A stretch of 64,000 nt of DNA, from assembly GCA_963845755.1 (NCBI GenBank), contig CAWJTV010000018.1:1-64000 (forward strand), in the 5' to 3' direction. Made by a program: the position numbers and the translations under genes. The DNA comes from an uncultured Planctomycetota bacterium (GTDB lineage: Bacteria > Planctomycetota > Planctomycetia > Isosphaerales > Isosphaeraceae). Below the pieces are notes generated by a model, which was not told where the DNA came from, searched no databases, and saw only the letters and a list, made by a program, of their open reading frames with translations. This document shows, piece after piece, positions 52,072-62,378 of the stretch (its first letter is position 1; each line of letters starts with the position of its first letter).

Positions 52072-52480
52072 CTTGGTCCTTGGGGCAGGAAAACCTGGGA
52101 TCCTCGAATCCTTTTCAGCTTAGCGGGCGTTGATCGAGATTGGCAATCGGTCCTCCATCCACGGATCACCCTGGCCGGCCTCCTGAGAGACTCAGCGTTC
52201 GATGTAGCACGGTTGATTGTTACGATAACGGCGATGACCGTCGGAGCGGGCGAGTGGGTCAGCAATTCAACTCGATTCCGTACCGCCTCACGGAAATGGG
52301 GATGGCGAGGCTCTGTCCGAGCCTTTTCCCAATGCGGACCCGCACGGAGGCTCGGCCTTTCGAGGGGATTCCGAGCCTTTTCTCAGGGGAGCGCTACTCT
52401 GCAATCCCTATTGCGCGATGTCCAGGCCCTTGCTGCGAGGCTGAACTTGTCCCTGGAACTCGTCTCGGGCGTTCGCGAGA

Positions 52481-52843
52481 TCAATGCCGCAGTTGTACCG
52501 GCACCTGGTTGATCTTGGCCGCGAGGATGAAGTCATTCTCGGTCAGTCCGTTGACGGCATGGGTCCACAGGGCGATGGTCACATTTCGGTAACCTTCCAG
52601 ATGAATGTCGGGGTGGTGGTCTTCCTCCTCGGCCAGGCCAGCGACCTTGTTGAAGAAGTCGATGCCGGCCATGAAGTCCTTCACGGTCCAGGATCGGCGG
52701 ATTCGCTTGCCATCCGGGTCGAGCGTCCAGCCCTCGACGTTGCGGACCATCGCCTCGGCCTGCTCGCGAGAGAGCCGCGGCACGCCTCCCTCGCAGGGGA
52801 CGCATCGCTTTTGAGTCAATTCTTTCTGGGTCGGAACGTTCAT
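52481..52843 (-). CDS. phhB: Pterin-4-alpha-carbinolamine dehydratase
   Basis: CVPCEGG, AEEEDHHPD and WTHAVNGLTENDFILAAKI motifs. Confidence 0.93.
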   Translation of the reverse strand: MNVPTQKELTQKRCVPCEGGVPRLSREQAEAMVRNVEGWTLDPDGKRIRRSWTVKDFMAGIDFFNKVAGLAEEEDHHPDIHLEGYRNVTIALWTHAVNGLTENDFILAAKINQVPVQLRH

Positions 52844-53011
52844 CGGCGTGTCCTTCTCCCCTCATCATGACGATGTTGGGGGTTCGCGTGCCGCGGCAAG
52901 GCCGCGACGAGATTCGAGATTCGAGATTCCCGATTCCGGATTCAAATCTCGTTCCGGAAACGGGGATTCCAGGAGCTGCGCGGACTGAGCCCCGACCCTG
53001 CATCTGACAGG

Positions 53012-53812
53012 CTATCGGAAGCTCTCGACCTCTCCCGGAAAGCGTCCCTCGGTGACGTCGGCGACGTAAGCCGCGACGGCGGCGCGGATCTGCTGGCCGA
53101 GCTCGGCGTAATGGCGGACAAACTTGGGCCGGAACTGCTCGATCAGGCCCAGCATGTCGTGGACGACCAGGACCTGGCCGTCGCATTGCGGCCCGGCACC
53201 GATGCCGATGGTGGGGATGGGAAGCTCCTCGGTGATCCGGGCGGCGAGACTCGAGGGGATGCACTCCAGGACGACGGCAAACGCCCCGGCGGCGGCGACG
53301 GCCTGGGCGTCGGCCAGGATCTCGTCGGTCGAGCGCTGGACTTTGTTTCCGCCCAGCCTGCGGATCGTCTGCGGTTGGAGTCCGACATGCCCCATCACGG
53401 GAATTCCGGCATCGACCAGGGCGGAGATGGTCGCCGCCATCTTGCGGCCCCCCTCCAGCTTGACGGCCTGGCAATTCGTCTCCTTGAGGAGCCGACCGGC
53501 CGAGCGGAGTGCCTGTCGCGGCGAGACCTGGTAGCTCAGGAACGGCAGGTCGGAGACGACCAGGGCGCACTGCGCCGCCCGGGCGACCATCTCCGCGTGA
53601 TAGATGACCTGGTCGAGCGTGACGCGGAGCGTCGTCTCCCAGCCCTGAATCACGGTCCCCAGCGAGTCGCCGACCAGGAGGCAATCGACGCCGGCTCCAT
53701 CCAGCAGCCGGGCCGTGGGGAAATCGTAGGCCGTCAGGACGCTGATCCTGCGACGGCGTGACTTCCACACCGCGAAATCGGGGATGATCACCGGCCGGGC
53801 GTCAGTTGGCAT
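53012..53812 (-). CDS. panB: 3-methyl-2-oxobutanoate hydroxymethyltransferase
   Basis: LTAYD, LLVGDSLG, VKLEGG, GHVGL and IGIGAG..CDGQVLV motifs. Confidence 0.97.
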   Translation of the reverse strand: MPTDARPVIIPDFAVWKSRRRRISVLTAYDFPTARLLDGAGVDCLLVGDSLGTVIQGWETTLRVTLDQVIYHAEMVARAAQCALVVSDLPFLSYQVSPRQALRSAGRLLKETNCQAVKLEGGRKMAATISALVDAGIPVMGHVGLQPQTIRRLGGNKVQRSTDEILADAQAVAAAGAFAVVLECIPSSLAARITEELPIPTIGIGAGPQCDGQVLVVHDMLGLIEQFRPKFVRHYAELGQQIRAAVAAYVADVTEGRFPGEVESFR

Positions 53813-55319
53813 GCGGATTCATCTCGGCAACGACCAGGTCAACGACGATGACCTCGGGACGATCCACAATGACCTTGTATCGTCGCCGCACTCCATCGTG
53901 CAAGGCCATTCGTCGCGGGTCGGCTTGACAGTCGCCCAGATCGGCGAAGTAACGGGCACCCCGTCGTCGGTAGTATTCGACCAGTTCAAGGGGGTTCTGG
54001 ACCTCTCCCTCAGCCCCCCATTCCCCGGCGGCTCTCCGCGCCGCGGACGGCGTCCATTCCAGCCGGCAGCCGCGGCGGTCGGCCTGGAACAGCAGCGCCT
54101 CCGGCGCGATGACCCAGGCGTCGGCGGGGGTCGTTGTCCCGACGGCCCGGGACGCCGCGATCAGGTCTCGCCACTCGTCCGGCATCCGCCACGTCAACCG
54201 GGTCTGGAGCAGGCAAAGCACGATCAACACCGCGAGGGCCCCGAAGCCGCGTGCCCGTCCCGCGCGGGCCAGATCGTCGAGCGCGTAGCCGATTCCGGCC
54301 GCCGCCACCGGCGCCAGGATCAGGAAGTAGTACTCGTGATGGAGCTTCCGGGCCAGCATGGCCAGGACGACCGAAGCCGAGAGTCCCCAGATCCACCAGA
54401 GCCGGCGGTCATCCGCTGCGACGGACCGGCGCCCGAGCAGCCCCACGATGGCCAGCCCGGCTCCCAACGGCGTGAACGCCCGGACGAACAGGAACCGGAC
54501 GATCCACTCCCAGGTCTCGCGCCGGATCAGTGCGGAAGGCCCGACGAGTCCCATCCAGATGGCACGGTTGTCGGCCGAGGCCCGGGAGCCGCTCCCCCCA
54601 CCGACCAGGTGATCGGCCCAGAAGTACCACGCGAGTGCCGGCAGGAGCGTCGTGCACGCCGCCAGGATTCGGGCGATCCGTCTCCTGCGGGGAAGTGTCA
54701 AGCTCAAGGGGATCAGCAGGAACACGGCGATGATCTTGATCGCGAACCCCAGCGCCAGGAGCAGCCAGCCGGCAGCGAGCCAGTATCGGCGCCCTCCGGA
54801 CTCCCAGCGATCCCAGCAGGCCAGGCCCGCCACGGTGGCACCCAGCATAACCGCGTCGGGCTGGAAGGCGCGGCCATATCGGATCGTCAGCGGGAGGAAC
54901 GCGAAGGTGCCGACGGCCAGGAGCGCCGCGCGACGGGAGCTGCGTCGCCGCAACAACTCGAAGAGCCCCCAGCCCGCGGCCGTCATTGCCGCCGCCGAAA
55001 GGACCCGCCCGGCTTCCTCCAGCGTCAAACCGGAGAGCCGCCTCAGCGACACGACACCGAATTCATACAACGGCGGCTCGACGAGGAAGTAGTTCGGGAA
55101 TGGCGCCGTGTCAACCTGCGGCCGGAGGAAACCCGATCCCCGCTCGAGATTGCGCGCCGCCATGGCCGTCGGGATTTGCCGTCCCACGTAATTCTCGACG
55201 ATCGGCTGGTCGATCCGGGCCAACCGGATCAGGAACATGACCCCGAGAAGAAGGCCCGGCAACCATCCGCCTCCACGCGGGGCCGGCGCGGGCGAAAAGC
55301 CGGCATTCCTGGCATCCAT
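53802..55319 (-). CDS. ArnT/PMT-like (GT-C) membrane glycosyltransferase
   Basis: Multi-TM protein; GRQ..TAM.ARN, EPPLY, YGRAFQPD and HHEYY motifs. Confidence 0.85.
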   Translation of the reverse strand: MDARNAGFSPAPAPRGGGWLPGLLLGVMFLIRLARIDQPIVENYVGRQIPTAMAARNLERGSGFLRPQVDTAPFPNYFLVEPPLYEFGVVSLRRLSGLTLEEAGRVLSAAAMTAAGWGLFELLRRRSSRRAALLAVGTFAFLPLTIRYGRAFQPDAVMLGATVAGLACWDRWESGGRRYWLAAGWLLLALGFAIKIIAVFLLIPLSLTLPRRRRIARILAACTTLLPALAWYFWADHLVGGGSGSRASADNRAIWMGLVGPSALIRRETWEWIVRFLFVRAFTPLGAGLAIVGLLGRRSVAADDRRLWWIWGLSASVVLAMLARKLHHEYYFLILAPVAAAGIGYALDDLARAGRARGFGALAVLIVLCLLQTRLTWRMPDEWRDLIAASRAVGTTTPADAWVIAPEALLFQADRRGCRLEWTPSAARRAAGEWGAEGEVQNPLELVEYYRRRGARYFADLGDCQADPRRMALHDGVRRRYKVIVDRPEVIVVDLVVAEMNPHAN

Positions 55320-55606
55320 TCCACGTTCCTCCGTTTCCTCGCCTCGAGCGACTCAACCCTGATTTCAGGGGCCGCCTCTCCTGTTCCGTCCCGCAACGAA
55401 TTCCTTCGTGATTTTGATGCGCGACCCATTTCAAGAGCCGTCACTGTTGCAATTCGCGGGATTGCCGAAAAACCATTTGCAATAGCCGCGGAATGGTGAC
55501 AGGATGAAGGCACGTCTCATTTCGCAAACCTCAGATCCAGAGCGTCGGTCGGTGGACTCTCGGAGCCGTTGGCTACGCTCGATTCTTGCCTGTGAGGGAG
55601 AGTCCC

Positions 55607-56041
55607 ATGTTGGTCCGAGACGTCCTGGAATCCAAGGGGCGCCGCATGGTCACCATCGACAGCGACGCGACCATCAGCGAGGCCATCGCCAAACTCGTTC
55701 AGAATAACATCGGTTCCCTCCCCGTCGTCGACCACGAGGGCCATCTGACCGGCATCTTCAGCGAACGGGACGTGCTCCGGATCATCCATAACCGCGGCGA
55801 GGGGTTCGGCCGGCTGCGGGTCAGCGAGGTGATGACCCGCGACCCCGTAACCTGCCGGCTCGAAGACGATGTAGCCGACGTCATGGGACAGATGAGCGAA
55901 CGGCATATCGCCAAGATCCCGGTCACGACCGGTGCGGAGCTCGTCGGTATCGTCTCGGTCGGAGACGTCATCAAGGCCCTTCATGATAAGGTTCACACCG
56001 AGAACCAACACCTCATGTCCTATATTCATGGGTCTGTTTGA
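55607..56041 (+). CDS. CBS-domain protein
   Basis: IGSLPVVD..GIFSERD...VMTRDP...GIVSVGDV. Confidence 0.93.
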   Translation: MLVRDVLESKGRRMVTIDSDATISEAIAKLVQNNIGSLPVVDHEGHLTGIFSERDVLRIIHNRGEGFGRLRVSEVMTRDPVTCRLEDDVADVMGQMSERHIAKIPVTTGAELVGIVSVGDVIKALHDKVHTENQHLMSYIHGSV

Positions 56042-56087
56042 TGTTCGCAGTGGTCAGTGGTCAGACAGTACGGATGCGCGTCAATTC

Positions 56088-56241
56088 CTAACGCGGCCTT
56101 CGGCCGCAACCCAATCGGGATTCCCGATTCGCGATTCCGGATTCCCGAAGGGGAATGATCCGGGAATCCGGAATCGCGAATCCGGAATTCGGAATCCCCA
56201 GATCCGCGAGGGCGCAGGGATCCTACGGAGGACGACTCTAA
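56088..56241 (-). mobile_element. Heptamer-palindrome MITE, copy 5 (inverted)
   Basis: CTAA at both ends; sits between CAGTGGTCAGTGGTCAG and ACCACTGACC arms of another heptamer repeat. Confidence 0.88.
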
Positions 56242-56251
56242 CCACTGACCT

Positions 56252-57808
56252 CTAAGGACGATAGTGCGGGTCCCATCTGGCTGGTGCGGCCCCATTCCAT
56301 CGGCTGTAAAGGGCCGTGAGGTCCGCGAGCCGGTCGCGAACGGTCCCATCCAGTTGGTCCTTGCGAAACCGCCATCGCCAGTTTCCTTCGGCCTTGCCGG
56401 GGAAGTTCATCCGCGCCGGGCTATCGAGCCCGAGGATGTCCTGCATGGGGATGATGGTCGTATCGGCGACCGAGGCGAAGACCATTCGGATCAAGCTCCA
56501 GTGAATCTCGTCGGCCGTCGCATGGGCGTAGCGGAGGGCGAAGGCCCGCGCGGCGGCGACCTCGGCCCGGGGCTGGGTGGTCGTGACGGAAGTCGAGTGG
56601 AACCATCCGTAGGTCGTGTCGTTGTCGTGCGTCCCCGTGTAGGCGAGACAATTCGGGACGTAGCGGTGGGGCAGGTGCTTCTCCGAGGCCGGGTCGGCAT
56701 CGAATCCGAACTGGATGATCCGCATCCCCGGTAAGTTGAACTCGTCACGCAGTTCCTCCACGTCTGGTGTGATCACGCCCAGATCCTCGGCGATGAGCGG
56801 GACCAGTCCCAGCTCCCGGCGAATGGTCCTGAAGAAGTCGTGCCCCGGCGCGGGGACCCATCGACCAGTTGCCGCTGTCTCCGACCCGGCAGGAATCTCC
56901 CAGTAGGCCGCAAAGCCGCGGAAATGATCGATCCGGATCAGCTCCACCCGGCTGAGCAGGGCACGCAGCCGGGAGAGCCACCAGCCATAGCCATCCCGCG
57001 TATGGACCTCCCAGCGATAGATCGGGTTTCCCCAGAGTTGGCCGGTCTCGCTGAAATAATCCGGCGGCACCCCGGCCATGAACAGCGGCCGGCCATGTTC
57101 ATCGAGGTAATAGAGCTCGGGGTGGGCCCAGACGTCGGCGCTATCGTGCGCGACGAAGATGGGCAAGTCTCCGATCAGCATAACGTTTTTCGCTCTGCAA
57201 GCCGCGCGCAGCGCCTGCCACTGGGTCTCGAAGGCGTACTGAACGAACTCGTGGAAGCGAATGCCGTCGAACAGGAGCTTCCGCGACCGGGCGCAGGCGG
57301 TCGGGTTCCGATTCAAAAGCTCCGTCTCCCACTCGAACCAGGGCCGGCCGTCGTGGGCGTCGCGCAGGGCCTGGAAGAAGACATAGTCGTCCAGCCAGCC
57401 GCGATTCGCTGCGCAGAATTCCTCGAAAGCGGGGTCTGCTCCTGCCTCCTGGAATCCTTGGAATGCCCGGCGGAGTAGTGGCAGCTTGAGCTTGGCGACC
57501 GCGTCGAAATCGGCGTGATCTTCGGGTAGGTGGGGAACATCAGCGATTTCCCTCGCGTCGAGCCAACCCTGCTCGACCAGTCCATCGGGACTGATCAGGA
57601 GGGGGTTGCCGGCGAACGACGAGGGAGACTGGTAAGGCGACGCGCCGTAACCGGTCGGCCCCAGCGGCAACATCTGCCACCACGTTTGGCCCGTCTCGGC
57701 CAGGAAATCCACGAAAGCATGGGCCTCAGGGCCCAGGTCGCCAATCCCGAATCGGCCTGGCAGTGAAGTCGGATGCAACAGGATGCCGCTGGCCCGCCGG
57801 AGTTCCAT
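56252..57808 (-). CDS. malQ: 4-alpha-glucanotransferase (GH77)
   Basis: SGILLHPTSLP, GDLPIFV, RIDHFRGF, IAEDLG and YTGTHDNDT motifs. Confidence 0.97.
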   Translation of the reverse strand: MELRRASGILLHPTSLPGRFGIGDLGPEAHAFVDFLAETGQTWWQMLPLGPTGYGASPYQSPSSFAGNPLLISPDGLVEQGWLDAREIADVPHLPEDHADFDAVAKLKLPLLRRAFQGFQEAGADPAFEEFCAANRGWLDDYVFFQALRDAHDGRPWFEWETELLNRNPTACARSRKLLFDGIRFHEFVQYAFETQWQALRAACRAKNVMLIGDLPIFVAHDSADVWAHPELYYLDEHGRPLFMAGVPPDYFSETGQLWGNPIYRWEVHTRDGYGWWLSRLRALLSRVELIRIDHFRGFAAYWEIPAGSETAATGRWVPAPGHDFFRTIRRELGLVPLIAEDLGVITPDVEELRDEFNLPGMRIIQFGFDADPASEKHLPHRYVPNCLAYTGTHDNDTTYGWFHSTSVTTTQPRAEVAAARAFALRYAHATADEIHWSLIRMVFASVADTTIIPMQDILGLDSPARMNFPGKAEGNWRWRFRKDQLDGTVRDRLADLTALYSRWNGAAPARWDPHYRP

Positions 57809-57859
57809 GTCCAGTGTCTCCTGATCCCGTCTCGGAACTTGATGAAGGGACGCGCGTCG

Positions 57860-58663
57860 TCAAGCATTCGGCTGGTCCAGGAACCGCTCGACTTCTCGGC
57901 GAAAGCCGAGGTGATCCTCGACGTGCGGCATGTGACCGACGCCCGGCAGGACGACACAGTGTGCCTGGGAGATTCGTTCCGCCAGGTCGCGGGCCATCGG
58001 TGGCGGGTTCACCAGGTCCAGCTCGCCCACCAGGACCAGGGTGGGGGCACGAATCGCGCCGAGCCGGTCCCGGGCGTTATGCTCGATCGCCGCATTCGCC
58101 TGGCGGACAAACGCATCGGGCTCCTGCGGCCACGGGTTGCGCTCGGCGAACTGGATCATCCCCTCGACCTGACCCGGAAGGCGATAGAACGGCGGTGCGA
58201 CCAGCCAGGGGAGGACGGCCCGCGTGAATGCACCGGCGTCGAGCTTGGTCCGGATCGCGACCCACGAGTTGATGACGGCCTCACGCCAGGGGTCGCCCCC
58301 GGCGTGCGTCGATACCAGGATCAGGCTCTTCACCACTCCGGGATGACGCAAAGCCAGTTCCTGCGCGACCAGGCCCCCGAGCGACTGGCCGACGACATGA
58401 GCCGGTAACGCCCCCACTTCTTCGAGCCAGCCCGCCACGTCGTCGGCCATGTCCGCCGTCGTGTAGGGACCGTCCGCCCGATCGCTTTGACCGGCGTCCC
58501 GCGCGTCGAGGCTCATCGTCCGAAACTTTGTCCCGAAATGGCGTTGCGATCGCGGAAACGCCCGGTGGTCGCCCCCGAGTCCGCTCAAGAAGACGAGGGG
58601 ATCGCCCTGGGAGCCGATTACCTCATAATAAAACGAGCGACCTCGAACGACGATCTTGGGCAT
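57860..58663 (-). CDS. Alpha/beta-fold hydrolase
   Basis: GQSLGG nucleophile elbow, GELD and GHMPHVE motifs. Confidence 0.92.
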   Translation of the reverse strand: MPKIVVRGRSFYYEVIGSQGDPLVFLSGLGGDHRAFPRSQRHFGTKFRTMSLDARDAGQSDRADGPYTTADMADDVAGWLEEVGALPAHVVGQSLGGLVAQELALRHPGVVKSLILVSTHAGGDPWREAVINSWVAIRTKLDAGAFTRAVLPWLVAPPFYRLPGQVEGMIQFAERNPWPQEPDAFVRQANAAIEHNARDRLGAIRAPTLVLVGELDLVNPPPMARDLAERISQAHCVVLPGVGHMPHVEDHLGFRREVERFLDQPNA

Positions 58664-59269
58664 AGGTGGACCGGAATCGTAGGCATTGGCTGATCGGATC
58701 GGCGCACACGGCGAAGCCCTTGAGCCTGATCCCCATCAGCGTAAACAGTTACTCGATGTTGAGAAGGGCAAAAACCGGACCGTGCGCCTCTCCTGATAAT
58801 CGATGCGGCTCCGTGGTCGCCAGGATCAGGTTTAGACTTCCGCATTCGGGCAAACATTCGAGATGAGGGACGATCTCTCCGTAGCACACTACCATTACCA
58901 GGACTGTAAACGGGTCATGGCCAGTCTGTATCGTCCGCGAGGGCATCGGGCAGACAGACCGGGTCGCCCGAGTTTCACCCGGATTCGCTATTGCATGCAT
59001 CGTTCGACGTGTGGTTTCATTGATTATTGAGTATGCGCACCCCGTGTCTTGGGGATGACTGCGTCACGAACGTCTATTTCGATCGTAAATTGAAATGAGC
59101 CAGTTTACACCAAATCCTGCAATCACTCATAGATTCTTCCGGCCGACGAATCATCGTCCGAAGTCATCATGGGAATCGAAAGTGCCGAACTTCAGGCCGC
59201 CGCTGCTTGTGACTCGTAGGAAAATTACGGCGTCACTCGGAGTCAACATCGCAATCGAGGTGACTATCC

Positions 59270-60943
59270 ATGGAAAAACGATCAGCATGGGTGTCCTTCA
59301 ACAAACGGTGGCGGCCGTCGCTGGCTCTCGGTGCACTCGGGGTTTTCCTTGGCGCCATCCTGGGGATCCTGGACCCGGCTACGGCCGGTGATCAACCGCC
59401 CCGGCAATCCGCCAGCCAGAAACACACCGCCACGTCTTCCCAGGTGGCCGCCATCGACCAGGCGATCGCCGCGGTATGGGAAAGAGCGGGGGTCAAGCCG
59501 GCGCGGCCGGCGACGGACGACGAGTATCTCCGTCGCGCTTATCTCGATCTACTCGGCCGGATCCCGAATATTCAGGAGGCTCGGGCCTTCCTGAACATCC
59601 GGGACCACGATAAGCGGGGGAAGCTGGTCGAGTATCTGCTCAATCATCCGGACTATCCCAAGAACTTCGCGACCCAGTGGACCGTCCTCCTGATCGGCCG
59701 TGGTAACCAGGGTCGGATGGTCGACCGCGCGGCACTCACGAGTTGGCTGCGCAAGCAGTTCGGCTCGGAGCGGCCCTGGAACGAGGTGGTTCACGAGCTG
59801 GTGTCATCCTCCGGCTCCAACAAGGACAACGGGGCGGTCAACTACATCCTGGCACACATGGGGTTCGAGGCCGTCCCCTTGACGTCGCGAACCACCCGGT
59901 TGTTCCTGGGACAGCAGATCCAGTGCACGCAGTGCCACGATCACCCTTCCAACGACTGGAAGCAGATCGATTTCTGGGGGATCAACGCCTTTTTCAAGGG
60001 CATCAAGGCCGACCCGGTTCGCAGGCCCAATGCCACCGGTATGCAGGTCGTCGATCACATCGAGGTGAGTGATGAACCGACCGACGCCTATGTCCGCTTC
60101 GACAAGCGTAATGGGATGGTCGGCATCGCCTTCCCGCGGTTCCTCGATGGCCGGAAGATCAGCCAGGGGACCGATGTGAACCGACGCGCCGAGTTGGGGA
60201 AGCTGATCGCCGACCCGAACAACGAGGCGCTGGCCAAAGCGTTCGTCAATCGCATGTGGGGCCACTTCCTCGGCCGGGGTTTCGTCCATCCGGTGGACGA
60301 CTTCGGTCCACACAACCCGCCCAGCCATCCCGCGTTGCTCGACCGGCTCGGCAAGGACTTCCGGGAGAGCGGATATGACGTCAAGAAGCTCATCCGGTGG
60401 ATCATGGCCAGCCGGGCCTATCAGCTCAGCAGCATCAAGACGAAGGGGAGCGAGAAGGAAGAGAGCCTATTCACCTCGATGCAACTCAAACCGATGACCC
60501 CGGAGCAATTGTTCGACTCGCTCCTGACAGCGACCTCGGCTCATCGCGCCGGGGCGGCCGATGAGGGGGGAAGGAGACGCGACGACTGGATGAGGCAGTT
60601 CCTTTTCGCCTTCGCCAACGATGAGGGCGAAGAATCGACGAACTTCCAGGGCACTATTCCCCAGGCGCTGATGATGATGAACGGCGACCTGATGCGGGAG
60701 GCACTCTCGGGCAAGCCCGGCAGCTTATTGTGCGACTTGCTCGAACATTCCGGCGCGCAGTCCCGATCGCCCGAGAACACCATGATTGATTCGCTGTACC
60801 TGGCGGCCCTGAGCCGGCATCCCACGCCCCGGGAACTGACGCAGGCGCGGGAGTACCTTGGAAAGTATCCCGACAGTCTCCAGGTCTTGCAGGACCTGTT
60901 CTGGGCATTGCTGAATTCCAACGAGTTCATCCTCATCCACTAA
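59270..60943 (+). CDS. DUF1549/DUF1553 (PSCyt2/PSD1) planctomycete protein
   Basis: YLRRAYLDLLGRIP, QIQCTQCHDHP, VNRMWGHFLGRG, PSHPALLD and WALLNSNEF motifs. Confidence 0.93.
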   Translation: MEKRSAWVSFNKRWRPSLALGALGVFLGAILGILDPATAGDQPPRQSASQKHTATSSQVAAIDQAIAAVWERAGVKPARPATDDEYLRRAYLDLLGRIPNIQEARAFLNIRDHDKRGKLVEYLLNHPDYPKNFATQWTVLLIGRGNQGRMVDRAALTSWLRKQFGSERPWNEVVHELVSSSGSNKDNGAVNYILAHMGFEAVPLTSRTTRLFLGQQIQCTQCHDHPSNDWKQIDFWGINAFFKGIKADPVRRPNATGMQVVDHIEVSDEPTDAYVRFDKRNGMVGIAFPRFLDGRKISQGTDVNRRAELGKLIADPNNEALAKAFVNRMWGHFLGRGFVHPVDDFGPHNPPSHPALLDRLGKDFRESGYDVKKLIRWIMASRAYQLSSIKTKGSEKEESLFTSMQLKPMTPEQLFDSLLTATSAHRAGAADEGGRRRDDWMRQFLFAFANDEGEESTNFQGTIPQALMMMNGDLMREALSGKPGSLLCDLLEHSGAQSRSPENTMIDSLYLAALSRHPTPRELTQAREYLGKYPDSLQVLQDLFWALLNSNEFILIH

Positions 60944-61038
60944 GGACCCGACCGGCCGGAATCGTCCCGTAAGCGGCATTGCCCTTCGACGAGGCGGACT
61001 GGCGGGCGGTCCGGGCGGATCGCTGGAGAAAGGTTCCC

Positions 61039-62325
61039 ATGTCCGACTTACCCGGGTTCTTCGGTCCGATGACGAGACGCCACTGGCTGGGGCATCTGAC
61101 TGCGACCGCCCTGGGCGTCCCCGCGATCCAGTTTTTCTCATCCCTCGAGGCCAACGCGGCGCACCTCCGAAAGACCAATCGGAGCATCATCGTGCTCTGG
61201 ATGGGTGGTGGCCCCAGCCATCTGGACATCTGGGACCTGAAGCCCGACAGCGAGAAGAACGGCGGACCGTTCCGCCCGATCGACACCTCCGCGCCTGGGG
61301 TGAAGATCAGCGAGCATCTGCCCAAGGTGGCCAGGCAGATGCATCACTTGTCGATCCTCCGGTCGCTCGACTCCAAGGAGGGGAACCACGACCGGGGCCG
61401 CTACCTTATGCACACGGGCTATGCTCCCAACCCGACGGTGGTGCATCCCGGATTCGGATCCTACTGTGCTGTGGAGCTGGGCGAGCGGCTGTCCAATTTC
61501 AGCCTGCCGCATTGCATCGCCATCAATGGCCCGGGCGTCGGTGCGGGGTTCCTCGGCATGTCGTATGCGCCGTTCGTCGTCCAGAACCCGAATGCCCCGA
61601 TCGCCAACCTGAAGCCGCCCAAGGATGTCGAGAACTGGCGGCTGGATCGGCGCCTCGCCATGCTCGGTCAGGTCGAAAATCAGTTCATCTCGACGCGCAA
61701 ATCCCAGGCGGCCCTCGATCACAAGGCGGTCTATAACAAGACGCTGAATATGATGAACTCGCAGTATCAGGACGCGTTCAACCTGGCCAGGGAGTCGGAC
61801 GCGGTGCGCGACAAGTACGGCCGCGGCTCGTTCGGCTCGGGTTGTTTGATGGCCCGTCGGCTGGTGGAGCTGGGGGTCACCTACGTCGAAGTCTCCCTCG
61901 ACGGCTGGGACACCCACGCCAACAACTTCGACGCGCTCTCGCAACGGCTGCTCCCGGAGTTGGACAAGGGGATGTCGTCGCTGGTGGCCGACCTGGCGGC
62001 CCGCCGCCTGCTCGACAACACGACGATCGTCTGGATGGGCGAGTTCGGCCGCACGCCCCGGATCAATCAGAACGCCGGCCGAGACCACTGGCCCCGAAGC
62101 TGGTCGGTCGTCGTCGGAGGCGGCGGCATGAAGAATGGCCAGGCCATCGGAGCGACCGACAAGGACGGCGTGGATATCGTCAACAAGCCGATCGGAGTGA
62201 TGGACCTGGTCGCCACGCTCACCAAGGCCATGGGCATGAACCTCGAGCAACAGTACACCACGCCGCTCGGTCGCCCGATCAAGATCGTCAACGGCGGGAA
62301 ACCCGTCCAGGAGCTCTTCGGCTGA
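61039..62325 (+). CDS. DUF1501 family protein (Tat)
   Basis: TRRHWL, LWMGGGPSHLD, CLMARRLVE.GV, GWDTH and GEFGRTP..N...GRDHW motifs. Confidence 0.95.
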   Translation: MSDLPGFFGPMTRRHWLGHLTATALGVPAIQFFSSLEANAAHLRKTNRSIIVLWMGGGPSHLDIWDLKPDSEKNGGPFRPIDTSAPGVKISEHLPKVARQMHHLSILRSLDSKEGNHDRGRYLMHTGYAPNPTVVHPGFGSYCAVELGERLSNFSLPHCIAINGPGVGAGFLGMSYAPFVVQNPNAPIANLKPPKDVENWRLDRRLAMLGQVENQFISTRKSQAALDHKAVYNKTLNMMNSQYQDAFNLARESDAVRDKYGRGSFGSGCLMARRLVELGVTYVEVSLDGWDTHANNFDALSQRLLPELDKGMSSLVADLAARRLLDNTTIVWMGEFGRTPRINQNAGRDHWPRSWSVVVGGGGMKNGQAIGATDKDGVDIVNKPIGVMDLVATLTKAMGMNLEQQYTTPLGRPIKIVNGGKPVQELFG

Positions 62326-62378
62326 AACGGACCACTCGACCCGCGGACGGCCCACGGGGGTTGGCCGCGGGTCAGTGC

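Noticed and set aside
52075..52480. Possible ncRNA in long intergenic regions (also 46480-47020, 49430-49990, 58670-59270)
   Set aside because: No tRNA, tmRNA, RNase P or riboswitch consensus recognised by eye; an Rfam/Infernal scan would be needed.
53784..55499. 571-aa plus-strand ORF (and similar long antisense ORFs at 7085..8365, 49939..51060, 51172..52512, 61138..62427)
   Set aside because: High-GC shadow ORFs opposite well-supported genes.
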